Shown here one piece after another: positions 7,448-14,423 of a stretch of 14,423 nt of DNA; position 1 is the first letter of the stretch, and each line of letters starts with the position of its first letter. Both the position numbers and the translations under genes were made by a program. Source of the stretch: Candidatus Hodarchaeota archaeon (GTDB lineage: Archaea > Asgardarchaeota > Heimdallarchaeia > Hodarchaeales > Hodarchaeaceae); the NCBI GenBank assembly GCA_016839785.1, contig JAEOTQ010000074.1, positions 1 to 14,423 on the forward strand. Reading direction: 5' to 3'. Under the pieces are notes generated by a model. The model made no database searches. It was not told the DNA's origin and saw nothing but the letters and a program-made list of their open reading frames with translations.

Positions 7448-9664
7448 TTATTTTTTCGGAAAATTAAGAGTGAACTTCATCCCGTGTCCTTTTCCCTCAC
7501 TATACGCGGTTATTGATCCACCATGTGAGTTCATAATTTCTCTAGATAAATAAAGACCAATCCCTGTTCCTTGTATAGAATATTCTGTCTCAATAGTTAC
7601 GAATTGATCAAAAATCCTCTCCAGATCTTTAGGATCTATCCCTGCTCCATTATCGATAATATCAACTTCGATACTCGTAATAGAATTTCTAATTTCGATT
7701 TTTATTTTCCTAGTTTCTTTCGAACTATTTTTAATCGCATTATCAAGCACATTATCAAAAACTTGTTGGATACGATCGCTATCAAGGGAATATTTTACTT
7801 GAGAAACTTCATCAAAATTAACAAATTTGAAATCAATCTGTTCGTCCAATAAATTCTGATACGGAGTTAATATTTTGATCAAGAACTCCTTAAAATCAAT
7901 TGATTGGAGATTTATTTGAAATAGTCCTCTTTCGAGTTGTGTAATTGCTTGACTATCTGCTATCAATCTCTCTAATCGATTGAGATTTTTTGTGATGATT
8001 GAAAAAACATCTTCTCTCTGTTGATTATTCATAGAGTCTAATTTCTTTTGTAGGAACTCAGTATATCCGAAAAGAACTGTTAAAGGAGTTCTTAATTCGT
8101 GATTAACCATTCTAATGAAATTATCTCTCCTTTTTTGTAATTCAACTCTAATCTCTTCCGCAACTTTTCTCTCTTCGACGTTTCTGAATATTCCTATATG
8201 GTATTTCTTATCTTCTAATGTGATGGGAGAAACGCTAATATCTGCATGGAATAGGGAGCCATTTTTTTTTAGAAGGGGAATTTCAGAAGCAAAAGTTGAA
8301 GTTTGGACATTAATTGCTTTCGTATCGTCATTAAAACCTTTATACGTCTTATTAGGTTGAATTTCAGCAAGGGAAAGGGTTCGGATCTCCTGTTGTGAAT
8401 ATCCGAACATATCACAAAAGGGCTGATTCGCTAAGAAGATTTCTCCATCCTCTGGGTTGGCAAGAATAATTCCATCCGTCACATTTTCAAAAATAGTCTT
8501 AAATCTTGACTCAGAATCTCTTACATCCTTTTCAGAGTTCTTTATGTCAGTAATATCATGAACTGAAACAGTCGCTTTGGCAGTATTATCCTCTTCAAAA
8601 ATCATTTTTGATCGTAATAGTACCCAAAGCTTCTTCCCTGATTTTGTAACAACTTGATACTCAATAGTGTTCGGTATTTCCTCTCTGGCCATGATTTTTG
8701 CTGCTCGACCCAACCATACTTCCTTACTTTCGTCTGTTAACATGTCATATAAATTTAGAGCAAGAGCTTCTTCATGTGAAACTTCGAACAATTCTAGTAA
8801 TAAGTCATTTGCATAAACAACACGTACCTCTCCAGTCGAAAAATTGAATATTGACTCATATATTCCTGTGGGTGCTTGTTTAACAAGTTGGCGATAGCGT
8901 TGTTCGCTTTCTCGAAGAGCATTCTCAATCGCTTTAATATCGGAAATGTCAAGAATGACACCCCGTAATCCAACAGGTTTCTGATCTCGGATAATAGGAC
9001 TTGAATAAATTAATACAGGGAAAGTTGTTCTTTTTCTATGCAACGCTGTATACTCATGATCTTCGAATAATTCTCCTTGCATCATTTTATTAATATTTTT
9101 ACGAATTCGATTTAGATCTTCGGGGATAAACAACTCAGAGACGTTCAACCCTCTCTTTAACTCCTCTTGTGTATAACCAAAGGTTTCCAGTCCCTTCGGA
9201 TTGGCATAAGTTATTTTTCCAGTGAAATCGATCTCGAATACAGTCTGGGGTAAAAGTTCTGCTAATTCCTTAACGTTCTGTTCACTGTGTCTTAATTGCG
9301 TGTCAAGTGTTTGTGTATGAATAAATTGTCGATAAAATCCATATATTCCTAAAATTGCACTTAATAGGAAGAATACCATGTCTATTTCATCAATAGAATC
9401 GGTAAAACCATATCTTACCAAATTGGGGTCAAAAGTTTGTGCAAAATCTTGAATCACATCAAAAAATAAAGGTATCATCAACAAAAGCATAGCTGTAAAT
9501 GTCCATGGGCCCGCTCCCCGATAGAATGCATCATTTTTTTTCATACTGAGAAAAATAATAACTGCCAGGGCAATAACTATGAGGAGAGTAGCCATTTCCA
9601 GTAAAAATTCAAAGTAATCAAAGAAATCAACGGCGAAGAAACGTCTCAGATTTATTTGAATCAT
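7448..9664 (-). CDS. Membrane-anchored PAS-domain sensor histidine kinase
   Basis: N-terminal hydrophobic helices, three PAS/PAC repeats (ending DIS, DIT, NVE), H-box HELRTPL, N-box NVLDNAIK, G1 DNGAGI and G2 GTGIGL. GAGGG SD upstream. Confidence 0.93.
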   Translation of the reverse strand: MIQINLRRFFAVDFFDYFEFLLEMATLLIVIALAVIIFLSMKKNDAFYRGAGPWTFTAMLLLMIPLFFDVIQDFAQTFDPNLVRYGFTDSIDEIDMVFFLLSAILGIYGFYRQFIHTQTLDTQLRHSEQNVKELAELLPQTVFEIDFTGKITYANPKGLETFGYTQEELKRGLNVSELFIPEDLNRIRKNINKMMQGELFEDHEYTALHRKRTTFPVLIYSSPIIRDQKPVGLRGVILDISDIKAIENALRESEQRYRQLVKQAPTGIYESIFNFSTGEVRVVYANDLLLELFEVSHEEALALNLYDMLTDESKEVWLGRAAKIMAREEIPNTIEYQVVTKSGKKLWVLLRSKMIFEEDNTAKATVSVHDITDIKNSEKDVRDSESRFKTIFENVTDGIILANPEDGEIFLANQPFCDMFGYSQQEIRTLSLAEIQPNKTYKGFNDDTKAINVQTSTFASEIPLLKKNGSLFHADISVSPITLEDKKYHIGIFRNVEERKVAEEIRVELQKRRDNFIRMVNHELRTPLTVLFGYTEFLQKKLDSMNNQQREDVFSIITKNLNRLERLIADSQAITQLERGLFQINLQSIDFKEFLIKILTPYQNLLDEQIDFKFVNFDEVSQVKYSLDSDRIQQVFDNVLDNAIKNSSKETRKIKIEIRNSITSIEVDIIDNGAGIDPKDLERIFDQFVTIETEYSIQGTGIGLYLSREIMNSHGGSITAYSEGKGHGMKFTLNFPKK

Positions 9665-9809
9665 TTTTACGTTGGTCCCTCAATTAAGAGCTGAATTCAA
9701 TGCTTTTACCTCGTGAGTGTAGAGTACGAGCAGGATAGTTGAGGTGTGTATACACAATCACAACATTGTTACTATTTATTTACTTCGAATTAGTTACGAT
9801 TCTTTGATC

Positions 9810-10778
9810 TTAGTCAGTTTGGAGACCTGCACCACAAGCTTCGCAAAAACGATCGTCTTTCAAAACCATTTCTCCACAGTGTGAACAATATCGGACGAAA
9901 TCATCAGTTTGAACATCTGGAACAGTGATAAATTGATCTAATGAAGATTGCGCGTCTTCACCAGCTCGTTTTCTAACATTGGTCATGTTTATTGTTTCTA
10001 ACTCTTTAAGCGGTTGTTTTAACAAGATTGCCAGCTGACGAGCATTAGCTGGAGCGGATCCTGCAGGATGATTATTAAAATAAGTGTATATTTCCTTAGT
10101 CTGGTCTTTTAGGATCTCGATCTTCTCTTTCCAGACAAGTAACTCTTTCCGAGAGTAAAAATAGCGATACCACAATTTTAATCCATGACCATGAAGGCGC
10201 ACATACGAAAAATCAGCCGTGACGGGTGTGATAGGAGGTAAAAGAGGTTCATCAACAATGCAATAAGCTACATTGAATTTTGAGAGTAAATCAACGGTCT
10301 GGTTTAGGTGCTTACACCAACTCATCTCCCGAAATTCTACTGCCAGTTTTAACTCTGAGGGCCAATGTTTGAGAAATACTGCAAGCGATCGACGATTCTG
10401 GTCCGAGAATTTTGGTGGTAATTGTAGTAATGCAGGGCCTAACTTCCTACGTAAACCACTCGACATGGTATCTAGAAATCGTTCAAGATCGGTATGAAAA
10501 TCGATGAGTTTCTTTTCATGAGTAATAGCCTTTGGAATCTTAAATGCAAACAAGAAGTCATTTGGGACGTGTTTTTCCCATCTCTGAACTACTCCCAGTC
10601 GGGGAAAGTGATAAAAACTAGTGTTAATCTCCACAGTGGAAAAAACTTCGCTGTACCATGCAAGACGCTGTTGTTCTTTTAGCATAGAGGGGTAGAAAGG
10701 GATTTTTGTTTTTTCGTTACGTGCCTGCCAGTCGGAATATCCAAATCCCGATGTTCCAATCAACACCTTAGCAGTCAA
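9810..10778 (-). CDS. DUF72 (YecE-like) protein with C-terminal PIP-like motif and zinc ribbon
   Basis: IGTSGFGYSDW, TVEINTSFY, LLQLPPKF, AVEFR, YVRLHG and YFNN...A..NA motifs. Tail has QSSLDQFI and CSHC-x10-CEAC. TTG start with GGAG upstream. Confidence 0.92.
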   Translation of the reverse strand: MTAKVLIGTSGFGYSDWQARNEKTKIPFYPSMLKEQQRLAWYSEVFSTVEINTSFYHFPRLGVVQRWEKHVPNDFLFAFKIPKAITHEKKLIDFHTDLERFLDTMSSGLRRKLGPALLQLPPKFSDQNRRSLAVFLKHWPSELKLAVEFREMSWCKHLNQTVDLLSKFNVAYCIVDEPLLPPITPVTADFSYVRLHGHGLKLWYRYFYSRKELLVWKEKIEILKDQTKEIYTYFNNHPAGSAPANARQLAILLKQPLKELETINMTNVRKRAGEDAQSSLDQFITVPDVQTDDFVRYCSHCGEMVLKDDRFCEACGAGLQTD

Positions 10779-10821
10779 TCGTTCAGAACTCCATTGCGTC
10801 GTCCTTCATCTTAGAACCTAA

Positions 10822-11025
10822 TTAATTCATTTTGAGTCGATACTCTTCCTGCTGGAGATTGAAAATCGATCCTGAAATCGTGAAAGCGAGGCCAAGTAAC
10901 CCAAATAGTATGATCCTTCCGAGATCTGTGTAAGTTAGCTCATATCCAGCAGTGATACCCATGAAGGCCAAGAAAAAAAACAAACCTCCAAGTATCCAGC
11001 AAACTAAATCTTTGCTATTTACCAT
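10822..11025 (-). CDS. Small two-helix membrane protein of unknown function
   Basis: 67 aa with two hydrophobic segments, a strong GGAGGT SD about 10 nt upstream, and no overlap with neighbours. Co-oriented with DUF72. Confidence 0.7.
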   Translation of the reverse strand: MVNSKDLVCWILGGLFFFLAFMGITAGYELTYTDLGRIILFGLLGLAFTISGSIFNLQQEEYRLKMN

Positions 11026-11042
11026 TCTCTGATTTACCTCCA

Positions 11043-11059
11043 GTATCTATCGTAGATAC
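11043..11059. promoter_or_regulatory. Inverted repeat GTATCTA-TCG-TAGATAC
   Basis: Perfect 7-bp arms immediately upstream of the SD of the small membrane gene. Confidence 0.4.
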
Positions 11060-11182
11060 CTGATTAAAAATATTTAGATGACGGACTGAATTCTAGAGAA
11101 TGGATTGCGATATTCATCTTTACCTTTGATTCTAAATATGAAACTACTATCCTGAAAACGTAAAAGCAAGACACCAGCGTAC

Positions 11183-11230
11183 TTTATCGGAAATTGTAAT
11201 TTATCAGAAACACTCATTTTCTTCATTTTC
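11183..11230. repeat. Short direct repeats upstream of the radA-like/polB2 operon
   Basis: TTTATCGGAAA (11183-11193) and TTTATCAGAAA (11200-11210); TCATTTTC twice (11214-11221, 11223-11230). Confidence 0.45.
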
Positions 11231-11292
11231 GCTGATGTCTGTCTCTGTATCAGAGTAATTAGTTAGGATCAAGATGAGCTAGCTGAAGACAA

Positions 11293-12090
11293 ATGGGTAC
11301 CGATGCCAGTCCATGGAACTCAGCTTGGGAATTACAACATGAAAAACGGTATAGGTCGGGACTTTTAGCTCTTGATGCATTGATTCCAGAAGGAATACTG
11401 CCAGGCAGTATGATCCTGCTACAGGGTGACCTTGACCGAAAATTATTACGACATGTAGTGACCCAACTCTCAATAGGTCTTTTAACTACTAATGATCCTG
11501 CGGAACTGGCATTTGTAGATGGAGCTAACCTTTTTCCTTACTATGAGATAGCGACTGAAGCACGAAGACAGGAGTATGATCCGTTAGTCATTTTGGATCG
11601 TATTCAGTTGTCACGAGCTTTCAATTTCCATCAAATGAGTGAAATACTAACTAAAAGACTTCCCAAACTCCTTGAAGTGAAAAATCACCTGAAAATAATA
11701 TTTGTTCCCCAGATTTCATCACAATACCTTTCTACGGAAGCTTTAGAGTATCTAGAATATGCAAAGTTATCCGTAGCAGAAGGGGCACTATCTGAATTGA
11801 CTCAAGCAGTTGGTACACTGAAAAGTCTTGCGTTGCAGCATAACCTAGTGGTTATCATGACGGCCGCGAGTGCCACAGGATCAAAAACCAGAGGCTTGGG
11901 AGGAACTTATCTTACTCATTCAGCTTCCTCGGTTATAAGAATGGCCACTTCGGCACACAGCACAGCCAAGGAATATGATATTCACTTTGTGTTACAAAAA
12001 GACCCTTCACGTCCAGTCATGCAGCTTACTCATTCACATCGACGAAAGAAACCTGTCAATGATCAAATGTTAATAAATCGCTATTGGTGA
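11293..12090 (+). CDS. Inactivated RadA/RecA-fold protein (PolB2-associated) with C-terminal PIP box
   Basis: RSGLLALDALI.EGI, FVDG, ILDRIQLSRAFN and GGTYLTHSAS match the Rad51/RadA fold. Walker A is degenerate (QGDLDRKL) and the Walker B Asp is missing (IIFVPQIS). Ends QMLINRYW. Confidence 0.85.
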   Translation: MGTDASPWNSAWELQHEKRYRSGLLALDALIPEGILPGSMILLQGDLDRKLLRHVVTQLSIGLLTTNDPAELAFVDGANLFPYYEIATEARRQEYDPLVILDRIQLSRAFNFHQMSEILTKRLPKLLEVKNHLKIIFVPQISSQYLSTEALEYLEYAKLSVAEGALSELTQAVGTLKSLALQHNLVVIMTAASATGSKTRGLGGTYLTHSASSVIRMATSAHSTAKEYDIHFVLQKDPSRPVMQLTHSHRRKKPVNDQMLINRYW

Positions 12091-12094
12091 TCCT

Positions 12095-12370
12095 ATGGGA
12101 CGAACATTACCTTCCTATCGAATGGTGCTAGAACATGAACGAGCACTTTGGATAAAACATTTTGCCAAACGTCTGCGAGAACCGTACCGCACAAGCTTTG
12201 ACTATCTTTGGGAGAAGGCTTTTCAGCTTGCTGATGCTTCCTCCGCAAATACTAGGCCAGTAGCCTTAGATAACATTCTTATGAGCATGGTAGTGGCCCA
12301 ACAGGCGGAAATCCAACGTTTGCAGAAAGATATTGCTGTACTACAACAACAAGTGAAGGGTACTAGCTAG
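12095..12370 (+). CDS. Small alpha-helical PolB2-associated protein (arCOG07300-like)
   Basis: MGRTLPSYR N-terminus, coiled-coil-like C-terminus, and position between the radA-like gene and polB2. The GGTGA SD overlaps the upstream stop. Family assignment is from recall. Confidence 0.78.
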   Translation: MGRTLPSYRMVLEHERALWIKHFAKRLREPYRTSFDYLWEKAFQLADASSANTRPVALDNILMSMVVAQQAEIQRLQKDIAVLQQQVKGTS

Positions 12371-12383
12371 CTGCCTGATTATT

Positions 12384-14423
12384 ATGGTTTCTCTATGTGC
12401 TTGGTTGCATGATGTAGCTGCGACTGATTGGGGAGTAAATACATACTGGATTACGCCAACAAGAGGGATTAAAGCTTTTTATCCACTGACGGTAGAATTT
12501 TTCTTGGCTAAAACCGATCAAGAAACCCAAAATCGGGTTTTAAGTCATCCCGAAGTAGAAGCAGTCGAAGAAGTATCCAAGTATGTTTCGATCCACGACT
12601 GGCAAGCAAGTCCTGTCCTCCGTGTTCGAGTCAATCCAGCTAAGATACGGACAACCTTTGAAGATCTTAGAAACCAGTGGGGAGAGTACCTCTATAATGC
12701 CGATCTCAGTATTTATCAACAGTTTTGTTTTCAAACCGGCCTGTTTCCGTATGTCTATGCGAAAATCAATGTCAATAACGAGAAATTACATGACGACTGG
12801 GAACTCCTCGAGCACTATTTACAGGCTGACTACCAGACAGTTCCTTTCCGTACCCTCTGGATGCAGCCATTCTTTGCAGAACAAAATTTCTTGCGCGGAC
12901 CAATAAGAGAAATACATATGCGGCATTCACTTGTCAATCAGGAAGAAGAACCGGTAGTATTTGCTGAAGATACGGAAACAGAGACATTACGGGAAAGTAT
13001 GATGTATCTAAACAAAGTCGATCCTGATATCCTTTTCACCTCAGGGGGAGATACTTTTTTTCCAATACTTGCCCAGCGTGCAACTGACCAGGGGATGGGG
13101 TATCTCCATCCAGGTAGAGGTAAGCGTCGTCTATACAGCTATGTAAGAAAGCAAAATCGACCACGAGGTCACAGCTATATGTCCTACGGGAGAGTTTTCT
13201 ATTCCCAGCATGGAAGTTATCTGGATGGTGGCCGGCATCATTATGACGTTGGTAATTCGTTTATGTGGAAGGAAGGGAGTATTGATGGAATTCATGAACT
13301 TGTTCGTTTAGGTTGTTCTGATCCACAACGGATTGCTCGTGCTACAATTGGAACTGCATTAACTGCTGTACAGATGAGAACCGCTTACAGTCGAAATATT
13401 TTGATCCCAGGACGAAAAGCCGATAGTGAAGATTTCCGCGCTGCATCTACAATGATGAGTGATGTAGGTGGATTAGTATTTTCTCCGCAGGTTGGATTCC
13501 ACCAGAATCTTGTTGAGCTGGATTTCTTATCCATGTATCCTTCAATTATGGTAAACCGTAATGTATCTCCCGATACAATTAATTGTAGCTGTTGTACTGG
13601 TATACAACGGTATCCTGTTCCTGAAACAGATCATTATATCTGCACTCAGCGTCCGGGTCTTGTTAGTTTAGCGTTGAAAAATATCTTAGATCGACGGGCG
13701 CACTTCAAAAGCAAACGAAAGGAACATCAACGGTATAATCGTAAACAAAAAGTGCTTAAGTGGTTACTTGTGTGCTCATTTGGTTACCAAGGCTATCGTA
13801 ACGCCCGATTCGGACGAATTGAGGCTCATGAGGCTATATCCGCGTATGGACGGGAAGCCTTGACCCGTACCAATCAAATTGCGATAGAGTATGGACTGCA
13901 AGTAGTAGCCGGCATTGTGGATTCGATCTGGCTGAAGAATTCTGATGATACCCCTATCGAACAATCAGTGATTGACGAGATATGTCAACGAATAGAAGCG
14001 GAAGTAAAGCTCCCACTGGAACATGCAGCTAATTACCATTGGATTGTATTTCTTCCGCGCCGTCATGAACCCACAATTGGTGTCCTTAACAGATATTATG
14101 GTCTGAAAACCGATGATTCCTATAAAATTCGTGGGATTGAGATTCGACAATCTAACAGTCCCTTGTTTGTTAAAAAGCTGCAACGACAGCTCTTAAAGAT
14201 TCTGTCCACTGCACAAACCCACGAAGAATTTATGGAATGTGCACAAAAGGCCAAGAGAGTGATGCGAAAATATCTAGCTGATTTGAAAGCAGGAACTATT
14301 CCATTAAGTGATCTTCTAGTGACCATTCGTCCTTCACGCGGTCCAGATGAGTATGTTAGTAATACTCGACAGGCCATTGCCGCTCGTCAATTGGTCGCGG
14401 CAGGGGTGAAAGTGGAAGCAGGA
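12384..14423 (+). CDS. polB2: Family B DNA polymerase, archaeal B2 group (Dpo2-like), partial at 3' end
   Basis: Manual translation from ATG 12384 (MVSLCAWLHDV...) stays in one frame through motif A DFLSMYPSIM (13521-13550), motif B KQKVLKWLLVCSFGYQGY (about 13743-13796) and motif C GIVDS (13911-13925), and appears open to the window end. Exonuclease motifs are degenerate. Absent from the ORF track because there is no stop. Confidence 0.93.
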   Translation, partial: MVSLCAWLHDVAATDWGVNTYWITPTRGIKAFYPLTVEFFLAKTDQETQNRVLSHPEVEAVEEVSKYVSIHDWQASPVLRVRVNPAKIRTTFEDLRNQWGEYLYNADLSIYQQFCFQTGLFPYVYAKINVNNEKLHDDWELLEHYLQADYQTVPFRTLWMQPFFAEQNFLRGPIREIHMRHSLVNQEEEPVVFAEDTETETLRESMMYLNKVDPDILFTSGGDTFFPILAQRATDQGMGYLHPGRGKRRLYSYVRKQNRPRGHSYMSYGRVFYSQHGSYLDGGRHHYDVGNSFMWKEGSIDGIHELVRLGCSDPQRIARATIGTALTAVQMRTAYSRNILIPGRKADSEDFRAASTMMSDVGGLVFSPQVGFHQNLVELDFLSMYPSIMVNRNVSPDTINCSCCTGIQRYPVPETDHYICTQRPGLVSLALKNILDRRAHFKSKRKEHQRYNRKQKVLKWLLVCSFGYQGYRNARFGRIEAHEAISAYGREALTRTNQIAIEYGLQVVAGIVDSIWLKNSDDTPIEQSVIDEICQRIEAEVKLPLEHAANYHWIVFLPRRHEPTIGVLNRYYGLKTDDSYKIRGIEIRQSNSPLFVKKLQRQLLKILSTAQTHEEFMECAQKAKRVMRKYLADLKAGTIPLSDLLVTIRPSRGPDEYVSNTRQAIAARQLVAAGVKVEAG

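Noticed and set aside
5123-8360. Track ORFs 5123-5470, 6618-6800, 6723-6944, 7571-7852 and 8115-8360
   Set aside because: They lie within the helicase or kinase genes and have no recognisable motifs.
10273-11473. Track ORFs 10273-10497, 10494-10682 and 11279-11473
   Set aside because: Antisense to DUF72 or the radA-like gene, with no coding signal of their own.
12540-14377. Short track ORFs 12540-12734, 12583-12906, 13776-13964, 13965-14183 and 14120-14377
   Set aside because: All are antisense or alternative-frame shadows of the continuous polB2 frame, so they do not indicate a fragmented pseudogene.
1-14423. CRISPR array, transposase, integrase, rRNA or tRNA
   Set aside because: No regularly spaced repeats, mobile-element genes or structural RNA signatures were seen.

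Overview
Low-GC, densely coding window that looks archaeal: it has a PolB2-type polymerase, an LrpA-like regulator and PCNA-type PIP motifs. An Asgard/Heimdallarchaeia-like origin is my inference only. Left to right: partial exodeoxyribonuclease III (-, not in the ORF track), CoA-transferase-fold alpha/beta pair plus MFS transporter (+), LrpA-like regulator (-) divergent from ferritin (+), XPB/Rad25-like helicase (-) with a hidden in-frame N-terminal zinc finger, orphan membrane PAS histidine kinase (-), DUF72 protein and a small membrane protein (-), then a divergent three-gene operon (+): inactive RadA/RecA paralog, small helical protein and family B2 DNA polymerase (partial, not in the ORF track). 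The most interesting signal is a candidate PCNA-anchored archaeal mutasome. The ATPase-dead RadA paralog ends in a consensus PIP box, and the divergent DUF72 protein carries a PIP-like motif plus a zinc ribbon. Other highlights are a CoA-transferase pair that lacks the canonical catalytic Glu (IpdAB-like), and a probable non-AUG start for the helicase. All family calls come from motif recognition by eye; no searches were run.
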